A DNA stretch of 47,769 bases from positions 1 to 47,769 of the forward strand of contig JBDHDE010000020.1 of NCBI GenBank assembly GCA_039591655.1. The letters are read 5' to 3'. The notes beneath the pieces were generated by a model, which did not search any database, had not been told where the DNA came from, and worked only from the letters and a program-made list of their open reading frames with translations. Shown piece by piece: positions 38,367 to 47,412 of the stretch. This DNA comes from Gemmatimonadota bacterium (GTDB lineage Bacteria > Gemmatimonadota > Gemmatimonadetes > Gemmatimonadales > GWC2-71-9). Made by a program: the position numbers and the translations under genes. The first letter of the stretch is position 1. Each line of letters begins with the position of its first letter.

Positions 38367-39806
38367 TCACTCGATGGTGCAGGACACCGCCTGCCGGTTC
38401 ACACGCCCGGTCGCCCCGTGCTCCGCTACGTCGAGCCACAGGTTGACGAGCCAGAAGCCCTCGCCGATGATCCGCAGGCTGTGCCCGCGGCTGCGGCCGT
38501 GGAAGATCCGATACTCGTTGTCGTCCCACGTCACGGTGCCCAAGTACTCCCCTGGGGAGCCTATCAGCTGCAGGGTGAGGGGGACCTCCTGCTCTTCGTC
38601 CGTACGACCAGCCACGGTGCAGTGGTAGTCGCCGGCGAGGTTGGGCTGGGAGTCGGCCGTTATCGGCTCTACGGGCGGCAGGAGAAACGGCTCGGCGATC
38701 GTCCAGGCGGTGCCGTAGCCCATCGGTGCGCTGGAGTTGGCCACGATAGCTACGATGACGTTGTCGTCGGGGAATATCAGGAGCATCGTCCGGCCCCCGA
38801 TGGAGCCGCCGCTGTGTGACACGGTGCGTCGGCCGGCGTAGTCCTGCTCAACGCTCCAGCCGATCCCGTAGCCGGTCTCTTCACCGTCACTGGTGCGCTG
38901 GGAGGTCCAGAGCAGCCCGATCGTCTCGGGCTCGAGGAAGCCATCCCCCAGGTGAGCCATCCCAAAGCGTACCAGGTCCTCCGTGTTCGCCAGGAAGCCG
39001 CCGCCCGCCCACTTGTAGCTGTTGTCCACATACGGCGCGTTTAGCGTCGTCCCGCTGCGCGTGCGAACGTAGAACCGGGTGCGGTGGGGGATGATGCTGT
39101 CGGTGTGATCGGCCACCGTGTGGTCCATCTCCAATGGCCCGAATACGTTGTTCCGCATGAAGCCCAGGAAGTCCTGCCCCGACGCACCCTCCACCACTGC
39201 GCTGATCAGGTTCCAGGCGTAGCTCGAGTAGGAGTATCGCGCGCCGGGCTCGAACAGCAGGGTGTCGTCCTGGAACATCTCCAGTCCCGCCAGCACCGTC
39301 TCGTAACGTTCGCTGCTGAGAAACTCCTCTCCGTCGTAATGCCGGATGCCGGCCAAGTGGCCGGCGAGCTGTCGGGTGGTCACGGGCCAGCGCTTCACGG
39401 GAAAGGACGGCACGTACTGCTGGACCGGAGCGTCGAGGTCCAGCAGACCTCGCTCTATGAGGAGGCCCAGCGCCGCGGCGGTGACGGGCTTGGAGACGCT
39501 CCCTATGCGGAACTTGGTCGCTTCCGTGACGCCCGCACGCAGTTCCAGATCGGCATAGCCAAAGCCCTCGGACCAGACGATCTTGCCGTTCACGCCGACG
39601 GCCACGGACATGCCCGGCACTCCGGTGCGGTGGAGGATCTGCCCCATGACGAGCTGGCCGCGCTCGATGGCCGGCGCGTAGCGGTGGAGTGTAGGCATCC
39701 CGGCCAGTGCGGGGGTGCTCTGTGCGGCGAGCGGGGCGCTGATCAAGAGCAGGAGGGCGGTGAGAACGCCAGAGTACAGTGCGCTTGGAGCGCGGTGCGG
39801 CTTCAT
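38367..39806 (-). CDS. Serine hydrolase (beta-lactamase class C-like fold), secreted
   Basis: GSVSK (SxxK), YSYSS, HSGG; signal peptide LAAQ. Confidence 0.88.
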   Translation of the reverse strand: MKPHRAPSALYSGVLTALLLLISAPLAAQSTPALAGMPTLHRYAPAIERGQLVMGQILHRTGVPGMSVAVGVNGKIVWSEGFGYADLELRAGVTEATKFRIGSVSKPVTAAALGLLIERGLLDLDAPVQQYVPSFPVKRWPVTTRQLAGHLAGIRHYDGEEFLSSERYETVLAGLEMFQDDTLLFEPGARYSYSSYAWNLISAVVEGASGQDFLGFMRNNVFGPLEMDHTVADHTDSIIPHRTRFYVRTRSGTTLNAPYVDNSYKWAGGGFLANTEDLVRFGMAHLGDGFLEPETIGLLWTSQRTSDGEETGYGIGWSVEQDYAGRRTVSHSGGSIGGRTMLLIFPDDNVIVAIVANSSAPMGYGTAWTIAEPFLLPPVEPITADSQPNLAGDYHCTVAGRTDEEQEVPLTLQLIGSPGEYLGTVTWDDNEYRIFHGRSRGHSLRIIGEGFWLVNLWLDVAEHGATGRVNRQAVSCTIE

Positions 39807-39969
39807 GGTCTTCTCCCGGGACGAGGACTTGCAGCGGGGCACAGCGGGAGGGATGCGGGAAGGGCGAAATCGCGAGCCCCGCGGTTCGTCTTGTTTCGCG
39901 TAAGATCGCAAGGCGGCGCGCGTGAGGCCACCGCCGGGTCCGCGCAGACGGTCAGATGGCGCGCTTGCC

Positions 39970-40548
39970 TCACCCCGGCCACATCCATGCGAACACCGCA
40001 GCCGTGACCAGGCCGTAGATGAATGCGTCGAGCAGCTGCTTGCCGACGTCTTTCCACGGTCGACCGAACCATAGAGCGGCCGGAACCGCCCCCATGCCGT
40101 AGGCGAGCCAAGCCACGGTCCCCGTCACCTGGAACACCAGTAAGAACTCCGCCTCCGGCGCCAGTGTGCGGCTCGCCATGTAGGCAGCGCTCCCGCTCAC
40201 GAGGTAGTAGAAGAAGAACGCCAGCACGAGAGCCCGGCGCAGCTTGGGCGCGCCCCGAGGCAGGACCGTCATGAAACCGGCGGGGCCGTCCTCGAATAGC
40301 TGGTGCACCTCGGGTTTCTCCAGATCGCTGCGGGAGGCGAGGTGGGGGATGTTGTACAGGCCCGGCGCCAGGTTCTGCAGCTGAAGCGCCTTCCGCACCG
40401 CCTCCTCGTCCGGGAAGCACCTGTAGTCCGACCGGTGGTACGGTAGCACCGCCCAGACGATCATGCTGGTGATCCAGACGGCAGCGGCAGCGAGCAAGAT
40501 CGCGAGCCACTGTGAGGCGACCGGAACCATCTGAGCATCGAACGTCAT
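39970..40548 (-). CDS. Membrane protein
   Basis: Four hydrophobic segments, HRSDY, PGLY. Confidence 0.7.
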   Translation of the reverse strand: MTFDAQMVPVASQWLAILLAAAAVWITSMIVWAVLPYHRSDYRCFPDEEAVRKALQLQNLAPGLYNIPHLASRSDLEKPEVHQLFEDGPAGFMTVLPRGAPKLRRALVLAFFFYYLVSGSAAYMASRTLAPEAEFLLVFQVTGTVAWLAYGMGAVPAALWFGRPWKDVGKQLLDAFIYGLVTAAVFAWMWPG

Positions 40549-40826
40549 TCCTGGTACTCCTCAGAACCCCTCGGGGTGGTTGCGGGTGTGAGCCTCGCGC
40601 TGCCTCGGAGCGAGAGGTGGTCGGTTCCCCTCACCTGGAGCGAGTCGAACAGGCTGCGCGATGCGGCGGCGATCTCCCTGACAGCGGTCTCAAAAGCACG
40701 CTGGTTTGCTCGGGAGGGAGCGCGGTACCCACTGATCTTGCGCACGAACTGGAGTGCTGCGGCCTGCAACTCGGCATCGCTGGGCGGCCCCTCGGGCCGG
40801 CGGAGCTGCTTGATGTTGCGACACAT
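40545..40826 (-). CDS. DUF2277-like small protein
   Basis: MCRNIK..AAALQFVRKISG..PSRAN..AF..AV. Confidence 0.8.
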   Translation of the reverse strand: MCRNIKQLRRPEGPPSDAELQAAALQFVRKISGYRAPSRANQRAFETAVREIAAASRSLFDSLQVRGTDHLSLRGSARLTPATTPRGSEEYQE

Positions 40827-40893
40827 GGGTCCGACTCGATTGGGGGAGTGGTGACGGAAACCCGACCAAGATGTCCCGATTTGGCCGCGCCGG

Positions 40894-41379
40894 CTAGGCG
40901 TCGCCTAGATCGACCGTGTATTGCGGGCGGGCGCGCTCCACTCCGTCCATGGACGCGGGCACCGCGCCGGTGCGCCGGGCTCCCATGCGCTCGTAAAAGC
41001 CCGCGGCGTTAGGGTCGGCGTCGATGACCAGCGTTCGCGCCCCGCCTCGACGTGCGACTGCCACTGCGTGCGCGTAGAGCACGCGTCCTACGCCTGCGCC
41101 GAGCGCGGAGGGGTGGACCCACAGATGATCCAGCTCTCGGTGATCGGCCTCGCCGGTGAGCGCATAGAACCCGTGCAGCGCCCCGTCCGCTTCTGCCACA
41201 TAGACATCGTGACGGTCTATGTACTGCGGCGTCACGGTGAGATCGTCGCGCCACCGCGCGATCCATGGCTCGGGGTATCCCCAGTGGCGCTTGGCGGCGT
41301 GGGCGATGTCGGTGAGAACCTGAGCCTCCCCTGGAATGGCGGCGCGAATGGCGCAGTGGAGCTGCCTGGGCGTCGTCAC
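40894..41379 (-). CDS. GNAT N-acetyltransferase
   Basis: AKRHWGYP, LWVHP...GAGVGR, ADPNAAGFYERMG; GTGA overlap with the upstream stop. Confidence 0.88.
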   Translation of the reverse strand: MTTPRQLHCAIRAAIPGEAQVLTDIAHAAKRHWGYPEPWIARWRDDLTVTPQYIDRHDVYVAEADGALHGFYALTGEADHRELDHLWVHPSALGAGVGRVLYAHAVAVARRGGARTLVIDADPNAAGFYERMGARRTGAVPASMDGVERARPQYTVDLGDA

Positions 41380-41888
41380 TTCACTGCCCGCAGCCAGGCA
41401 GCCCGTAGGCGTTGGGTCCAGACCAGAGCGCGCTCGCGCAGTGTGCCGGGTTGGGGCCGCAGCTGCCACCCCAGCAGCTGCTCGGCCGGGACGACAACGT
41501 TGAACAGGGTCGTGATGCGGCACACCTGTGCACCGCGGAAGTCCAGGAGATCCACGCCCTCGAAGACGGCTTGCCGACCCGTAGGTGCGAATCCCGGGGG
41601 ATCGAGACGGCCCAGGTGTGTTCCTGTTATCGTCCACGGCACTGCACAGCGGCTCCCGTCCGGCGCTACGCAGATGGGATGGCGAATCTCGTAGCGGAAG
41701 TCCGGGAACGCCTGGAGCACGGCCTCGCTGAACCGCTTGACGGCGTCACGCCCCTTGGCCGGCTCCGTCATCGCCGGGTCGTCCCACTCGACGTCCTCGG
41801 TGAGGAAGGAGAGGAAGGCAGCCAGGTCCCGCGCGTTCCAGGCCGCTGCCATATCCTCGGCGACCGCAGCCGGATCCTGCGGCATCAT
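41376..41888 (-). CDS. SnoaL/NTF2-like ester cyclase family protein
   Basis: AWNARD, AFPDF, GTHLG, APTGR. Confidence 0.85.
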   Translation of the reverse strand: MMPQDPAAVAEDMAAAWNARDLAAFLSFLTEDVEWDDPAMTEPAKGRDAVKRFSEAVLQAFPDFRYEIRHPICVAPDGSRCAVPWTITGTHLGRLDPPGFAPTGRQAVFEGVDLLDFRGAQVCRITTLFNVVVPAEQLLGWQLRPQPGTLRERALVWTQRLRAAWLRAVK

Positions 41889-41933
41889 GCGCGGGCCCTG
41901 GGCACCGCGGGCCGCGCCGGAGTCCGCCCGGCC

Positions 41934-42268
41934 CTACACACGCTCCGGCCGGTCCACCGTGCGCTCGTTGCGCACATTGCCCGTGTTCAGGGTCCCAGCA
42001 GGCTCGAATAAAAGGATGTGGGCTTCCTCCTCGGCCATGGGCCGATGCTCCACACCACGGGGTACGACGAAGCACTCCCCGGGCTCCAGCACCACCTGCC
42101 GGTCGCGCAGCTGGATGGTGAGCCGACCTTTGAGCACGTAGAACAACTCGTCCTCGTGCTCGTGGTGGTGCCACACGAACTGTGCTGGCCGTTGAGCTCG
42201 GCCACGAGACGCGGGCTCCAGTGTTCGTCGAACTGCGACAGCTTCTCGAGAAGATTGATCTTGTCCAT
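41934..42268 (-). pseudogene. Cupin protein, frameshifted by an internal deletion
   Basis: MDKINL..HWSPRLVAELNGQH in one frame and FVWHHHEHEDELF..VPRGVEHRP in another; junction near 42180. Confidence 0.8.
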
Positions 42269-42290
42269 CGTGACCTCTTCGCGGCGCCGG

Positions 42291-42728
42291 CTAGTCGATG
42301 TCTCGCATGTCCTTCAGATCGAGGCTCCAGGCCCCCGCGCCCCGCCACAGCAGGTATGCGCAGCAGACGATCACTATCAGGGGGATGAACGGCTCACGCG
42401 GCTGTAGGGGGAAGAGTGACGGGTCGTCCACCACCAGGTGAACGTAGGTGGCGACGACCATGATGCCGGTCACCACCACGACCGCCGGCCGTGTGAACCA
42501 CCCGACCGCGAGCAGGATGCCCAGCACGATTTCGACGAACGGCACGGTCCACCGGGAGACCGAGTAAAAGGGAAGGTGCGCGGCCAGGAGCTGGCCCGAC
42601 CAGGCGTCCGCCAGCATCGGGACCACGAGCTTCATGATTCCGGTCATGAAGAACAGGAGCGCGAGTGCCAACCGCAGTGCCCCTGCCGGTTTGTGGTCGG
42701 TGGTTCGGCGAATCTCTGCTAGGGTCAT
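42291..42728 (-). CDS. DoxX family membrane protein
   Basis: LRLALALLFFMTGIMK, VEIVLG, GAGAWSLD. Confidence 0.85.
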   Translation of the reverse strand: MTLAEIRRTTDHKPAGALRLALALLFFMTGIMKLVVPMLADAWSGQLLAAHLPFYSVSRWTVPFVEIVLGILLAVGWFTRPAVVVVTGIMVVATYVHLVVDDPSLFPLQPREPFIPLIVIVCCAYLLWRGAGAWSLDLKDMRDID

Positions 42729-42759
42729 TGGCCATCTCCCCGAGAACACGGCTCCTCCA

Positions 42760-43257
42760 TCACCTCTGGGCCTGCTGGAACACGCCGCGGTCGCTGTGCA
42801 AGAAGCCGAGCGGGTCGCCGCCGGGGACTGCGTCGTGAAGGCAGAACACGATCCAGTAGCGGCTGAGGTCGGCGTCGGGCGAGATGCGGAGCAGGAATGC
42901 CAGGGTGACGAGCCGGGCCGCGTCCCCGCCGCTGAGGCTGAGGTCGACGGGGACCGGGGCGCTCGCATACGCCAGGTTCCATGTACCATCGGCGACGGAC
43001 TCACCGAGACCCGCCCGGACCGCTCCGAGACGGGTCTGGCCGGATTCCGGATCGCTCCGTAACATCGCCGCGCTCACGAGAATGAGGAGAGAGTCACCCG
43101 TTCGGATGTATACGCCCTCGAACTGCCCACTGAGCGGGAGGGTGTCGTGCTCCAGGGAGGATGCGGCGAACGGCTGCGGCTGGGGCGTCTGCTGGGCAGC
43201 GAGGGGGGGAGCCAGGACGAGCGCGGCAGTGCAGACGGTGAACAGCGAGAGGCGCAT
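42760..43257 (-). CDS. Secreted hypothetical protein
   Basis: Signal peptide MRLSLF..LAAQQ. Confidence 0.6.
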   Translation of the reverse strand: MRLSLFTVCTAALVLAPPLAAQQTPQPQPFAASSLEHDTLPLSGQFEGVYIRTGDSLLILVSAAMLRSDPESGQTRLGAVRAGLGESVADGTWNLAYASAPVPVDLSLSGGDAARLVTLAFLLRISPDADLSRYWIVFCLHDAVPGGDPLGFLHSDRGVFQQAQR

Positions 43258-43388
43258 CGCGATCCAATCGTGTCGGACTACGGCAGCCTGCTTACTCTTC
43301 CCAACTGCTAACCTGTCATAACACGGCGATTTCCTCAAGCGAGGAGCGGACACAGGGCCCTGAGCAAGACGGAGACACAGGGGAGCGT

Positions 43389-43832
43389 CTACTGCGTGAC
43401 GGTGAACGCCGCCGATCGGGTGGACCCCTGGACGCCCTCCGGTGCGGTTCGATATGCCAGGAGGATCCGATATGACCCACCCTCTGCGGGGCCGACCGCC
43501 GTGCGGCCCGCCGCGGTGTCGCCGGGTGGGATCGTTCGAATCCCTCCGCCTTGACAGGTCCCACCCCCGATCAGGTCCCAGCCGGCTCCCACGCGGCGTT
43601 CCAACGGTGCGTTCACGACGCCCGCGCAGGTGGCGACCTCGATCGAGTCCGTGCGGCCGTTGGACACGGTGAAGAGCACCTCGACCATCAGGACCTCGCC
43701 TTCCAGGACGAGTGCCGCGTCGTCCACCGTGACGTCGACCTCGTCCTGTGGGTCCACGATGTCGCAGGCGGCCAGCAGGGCGAAGAGGCCCATGACGGCC
43801 AGGTAGCCTCTCCAGGTACGCGGTGTTGACAT
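43389..43832 (-). CDS. Hypothetical lipoprotein
   Basis: Lipobox LAAC; beta-rich domain with a Cys pair. Confidence 0.65.
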   Translation of the reverse strand: MSTPRTWRGYLAVMGLFALLAACDIVDPQDEVDVTVDDAALVLEGEVLMVEVLFTVSNGRTDSIEVATCAGVVNAPLERRVGAGWDLIGGGTCQGGGIRTIPPGDTAAGRTAVGPAEGGSYRILLAYRTAPEGVQGSTRSAAFTVTQ

Positions 43833-43847
43833 AAGACGTCGGCTCCC

Positions 43848-44135
43848 TTATACGCCCTCAGCGAGAATCATAGCTGTTGAGGCCGACGCGTGTCGCATCT
43901 CTTTTGCCGGTGCGTACTCCTGCGAGCCCCACCACTCCTTCGCCCGTGCGGCCGTGGGAAACTTTAGGACGACTATGCGGCCAGGCGTCCAATCACCTTC
44001 CAGCATCTCGGTTGCGCCGCCGCGGACGATGTACTTCCCGCCGAAGGCCGCCACAGTTGGCGCGGCGGCCTTCTTGTAATCTTCGTAGAGCACCGGATCG
44101 GTGATCTGGATGTCGACTATCACGTATGCGGCCAT
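43848..44135 (-). CDS. DUF1330 family protein
   Basis: MAAYVI, FGGKYIVRGG, LEGDW.P.RIVVL.FP, EY..AK..R. Confidence 0.9.
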   Translation of the reverse strand: MAAYVIVDIQITDPVLYEDYKKAAAPTVAAFGGKYIVRGGATEMLEGDWTPGRIVVLKFPTAARAKEWWGSQEYAPAKEMRHASASTAMILAEGV

Positions 44136-44428
44136 CAGATGTCTCCCCTCTTCTTGGCTCCGGCGTGTCGCGCGCGCACCTCGCGGAATTGGGCGTTCAC
44201 ACGTCCGGCCGACACGGCCATGGCAATGGCCTGGGCAGCACCGATCTCGTCTTTTGAGATGCCTTCGTCCTTGGCGACGCCAAGGTAATGCTCCATTCAG
44301 GGGTAGCAGCCGATTGCCATCGCGGTCGCCATGTGGATGAGTAGCGTCGTTTTCGGGTCCAGAATCTCGTTGTTACGTGCCGAATCGTAGAAGGCGGAGT
44401 ATGCCTTCTTCTGCTCCTTTGGTAGCAT
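44135..44428 (-). CDS. AhpD/carboxymuconolactone decarboxylase family protein, predicted selenoprotein (CxxU, UGA 44299-44297), 97 aa
   Basis: MLPKEQKKAYSAFYDSARNNEILDPKTTLLIHMATAMAIGCYP-U-MEHYLGVAKDEGISKDEIGAAQAIAMAVSAGRVNAQFREVRARHAGAKKRGDI; GGAGA RBS; stop overlaps the next ATG; absent from the ORF track. Confidence 0.88.
44269..44285 (-). promoter_or_regulatory. Candidate SECIS hairpin
   Basis: CCTTGGC-GTC-GCCAAGG perfect 7-bp stem, beginning 11 nt after the UGA; G-first loop. Confidence 0.72.
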
Positions 44429-44592
44429 GGTGTCTCCATGTAGGGCTGCTAGGTCACGCAGCGGCGGCTTGCTGGGTTAGGGGGCGCTCCGCAGGCAGCT
44501 CATGACGAGTTCGTATGAAGTGTTGACCTGGCACACCACTATCCCTCTTCGCATGGTGAAGACGGTGCCAGGGGAGGCCGAACCTGGGGGCT

Positions 44593-44814
44593 TCAGTGCC
44601 ACATGCGACCAGGCTCAACACTCAGAGTGAAGAGGACCACGACAGCGACAATGAGCACCAGAATGAGCCATACGTCGCTGGCCTTGAGTCGGCGCAGCCG
44701 GGTCGCGACGCGGGGCAGCACGGTGCTGCGCGTGCGGACGAGTAGGCTGTGCGGTCCATGTTCAGGGTGCAGTGACTCGGATGCCAGTGGCTGACGGACC
44801 GTGCTCGGTACCAT
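44593..44814 (-). CDS. Small single-TM hypothetical protein
   Basis: GAGGT RBS, C-terminal hydrophobic helix. Confidence 0.4.
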   Translation of the reverse strand: MVPSTVRQPLASESLHPEHGPHSLLVRTRSTVLPRVATRLRRLKASDVWLILVLIVAVVVLFTLSVEPGRMWH

Positions 44815-45012
44815 GGCGTTACCTCACTGCGGTGGGGTTGGCGTACAGCAACTCCGCGCATCATGCTGCGGGTGGGCGCACCAGGAACTGCGCGAGGCCG
44901 ACCGGTTCCACGGCAAACTTGTCACGTAGGCACCGCTTCCACTAGACCCCCCAACCTCGCCGCTCCGGGGGCCGATCAGGCGACCCATTGCCGGGTCAGG
45001 CGCGCCAGGTAC

Positions 45013-45141
45013 TCGCCAGTATCCTGTCGGTAGGGAGTCCTCACGCCCGTCATCGCGGCGGATAATCAGCTGGGCTGCGGACTCACCTAGGAAATAGGCG
45101 TCCAGGGCGAGTCCCTGCGGGATCATGGCATTTGGATCCAT
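45013..45141 (-). pseudogene. Truncated N-terminus of a probable SAM methyltransferase
   Basis: MDPNAMIPQGLALDAYFLG..LIIRRDDG..LP then low-complexity drift; ATG coupled to the DinB-family stop. Confidence 0.45.
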
Positions 45142-45608
45142 CAGATTCTGTCCCAGTCCCAGATCGCATACTGCACCTTCTTGTCCAGTCCATGACCGCT
45201 TTGCTTCAGCGTAAGGAGAATGTTGCCGCGATGATGGCTCTCATGGGCAACGAAGTACGCAATGTACGGAACCAGACCCCGCTTAAAGGTGCGGACGCCG
45301 GGGGCCCCCTCACTGGCGAGACGGATGAGTTCCTCGATGCGCTGTGCGGAGTCCTGGAACGCAGCCGCGAGTGTGCGACGATCGGGTTCGTCGTACGTGT
45401 CGAAGAGATGTGCCCCCGTCGCGAGCTTCTTCGCCCGGCGCTGCAAGTGCCACACACGGTTGTTGTGGATGTGGGCAAACTGGCGCACGACGTTCCGGCC
45501 TCCACGACGCGAGAGGGTGCAGCGCATGCCTGCGTCGCTGATATGCTCGATCAGGAAGAGATTCACTCGGTTGTTGGTGCGCCACGCTTCGAGGATCTGG
45601 TCGGTCAT
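45141..45608 (-). CDS. DinB/YfiT family protein
   Basis: FAHIHNNR, AHESHHRG His triad. Confidence 0.85.
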   Translation of the reverse strand: MTDQILEAWRTNNRVNLFLIEHISDAGMRCTLSRRGGRNVVRQFAHIHNNRVWHLQRRAKKLATGAHLFDTYDEPDRRTLAAAFQDSAQRIEELIRLASEGAPGVRTFKRGLVPYIAYFVAHESHHRGNILLTLKQSGHGLDKKVQYAIWDWDRI

Positions 45609-45799
45609 AGGGGGGTCGGTTGGGGGATGCGGTAGAACGGCGTCCTGTCCATTCTGGGCATGATTGACTGGAACCGGACGCAAAGAGCTACGAAGTGAGG
45701 AGAGGCCGTGCGCGGCTGTATGATTGCGCGACCGGCCTCATCCTCACCTCTGCGACTTCCGCCTAAGGCGCGGCCGTTGTGGGCCGACGCCTGTCGCGG

Positions 45800-46231
45800 C
45801 TACTGGGCGCGCGTACCTAGCTGGCGACCGTTAAGTACCGAATCGGGCCCAGTGGTCTCGTAGCGTGCCACGAACGTGCCGATCATGTCGCCGTCCTGCA
45901 GGCGGGCGACGCTCCGTACCGACACCATGACCCCTTCACGCAGCGCGCTCTCGTAGGGACCCATCTCGGTGACAATACTGTCGCCTTCAACGGCGACGAC
46001 CTCGACGGGAACGGGCTCCCTGTCGGGGAAGGTGACCGTCCAGCCCTCTGTGTTGTCAGTCGCGACCATCTGGTAGGTCACTAGCGCTGAGTCCCCGACT
46101 TCCGGGAGGGCCTGCATGGACCACGTTCCAGCGACGTCCGCCAGGGAGATGGTAGCCGCCATCTCGGCCTGCTCAGACGGGGCGCAGCCGACCAAAAGGG
46201 CCGCACAGCAGACTGCGGCGAGACGCTTCAT
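45800..46231 (-). CDS. Hypothetical lipoprotein
   Basis: GGAGG RBS, lipobox LVGC, DVAGTW barrel start. Confidence 0.7.
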   Translation of the reverse strand: MKRLAAVCCAALLVGCAPSEQAEMAATISLADVAGTWSMQALPEVGDSALVTYQMVATDNTEGWTVTFPDREPVPVEVVAVEGDSIVTEMGPYESALREGVMVSVRSVARLQDGDMIGTFVARYETTGPDSVLNGRQLGTRAQ

Positions 46232-46390
46232 GGTATCCTCCGGTTCTAGATTCATGTGGCAGCCCGGTTCAGGAGCTGCCGGTGTCACGACACAGGATGC
46301 GGGCGACAGCTGGGCCTACCTCGTCAAACCTGGCACACAAACCGCGCTTGCTCAAGGACGCGAGTGCGCCCGCGGTCGGGTAGCTACGTG

Positions 46391-46906
46391 CTAGAGGTAG
46401 CGTGCCACGGCCATCATTGCGGTGGCCAAGGTCAATAGCACTGCCACGACGCGGCCCGCCGCCGCAGTGCGCTGGCGCAGTTGCTGTACGACTTTGAGCT
46501 GGGCCTCACGGTCGGGTCCCTCTGGGGACGCTGCCAGCTGTTGGGCAAGACCGGCGGCACGTATCGCAGCGGGCCGCATGATGCCGAGGCCGATCCCCAA
46601 AGCGATCACGGACAACAGGCCGCCGGTGGCGAGAGCTAGGCCGGCGGGGGAAGTCACCCAGGCCACGCTGAAGCCACCGGAAATGCGCCAGTAGAGCCAC
46701 AGTCCTGAGAGAATGGTCAGTGCGGCGACGGTCGGCATGACGTCGAGAAAGCGACGCCGTTGGAGAGCTGCCATGACCTTGGCGCCGTCGGGGCCGGCGT
46801 CCCTGACGGACGGCACCAGAAAGACGGCGAAGAAGATGAGAGTGCCGGCCCAGAAGACGCCCAGCACGATGTGGACCAATCGGAGGATGAGGACGAGAAC
46901 GTTCAT
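46391..46906 (-). CDS. Four-TM membrane protein
   Basis: LRLVHIVLGVFWAG, ILSGLWLY, AVARYL. Confidence 0.75.
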   Translation of the reverse strand: MNVLVLILRLVHIVLGVFWAGTLIFFAVFLVPSVRDAGPDGAKVMAALQRRRFLDVMPTVAALTILSGLWLYWRISGGFSVAWVTSPAGLALATGGLLSVIALGIGLGIMRPAAIRAAGLAQQLAASPEGPDREAQLKVVQQLRQRTAAAGRVVAVLLTLATAMMAVARYL

Positions 46907-46946
46907 TGGAGCTCCTTAGCGGGAGGGGTGCATGGAGCCGCGGCCG

Positions 46947-47378
46947 TCAAGCATCGAGGCGCCTCTCGTACGCCACGGACTCGCCGTGCTCGACGTACCG
47001 CCTGAGTATCCTGAGGTACATGGCCCAGCAGTAGCAGGAGATCCGATAGTGCTCGTTTGGGGTGCGCCACCCCTCATTGTAGAACCGCACCTGGGTGCCT
47101 CCGCTCTTGCTCTCGAGCCGAAAACCCACACGCGTGCCTATCCAGTCCTCGTCGGCGTGTGTGAGTTCTAGCTCGAACTCGGCATCCGGGGTGCACTTCG
47201 TGACCGTCGCCCGCCAGTTGTGCTCGGGTCCAAACCAGAGCTCGTACTCCGCTCCCGGTCTCGGCTCCCCGGCCGACCGCTTGGTCCACCAGCGGTCGAG
47301 ACCCTCCGGAGCACTCACCGTACGAAAGACGTGGTCCGGTGGAGCCTTGATGAAGAAGTCATGGAAGATGTTCACCAC
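46947..47378 (-). CDS. SRPBCC/AHSA1-like domain protein
   Basis: IKAPPDHVF..GLDRWWT, GTQVRF, CWAMYL..LRRYVE.G; GGAGG RBS. Confidence 0.85.
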   Translation of the reverse strand: MVNIFHDFFIKAPPDHVFRTVSAPEGLDRWWTKRSAGEPRPGAEYELWFGPEHNWRATVTKCTPDAEFELELTHADEDWIGTRVGFRLESKSGGTQVRFYNEGWRTPNEHYRISCYCWAMYLRILRRYVEHGESVAYERRLDA

Positions 47379-47412
47379 GATGCCTCCGGGGCTCAAGGCG
47401 GCATATGCCGGG

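Noticed and set aside
38367..39806. Clinical beta-lactamase resistance gene
   Set aside because: The SxxK fold is shared with esterases and peptidases; there is no mobile context or specific signature
44197..44439. 80-aa ORF METPCYQRS in the track
   Set aside because: Shadow frame; the UGA-containing CMD frame has an RBS, a family motif and a coupled stop
44527..44572. Sigma54 promoters at TGGCAC sites (also 46331)
   Set aside because: No TTGC at the required spacing
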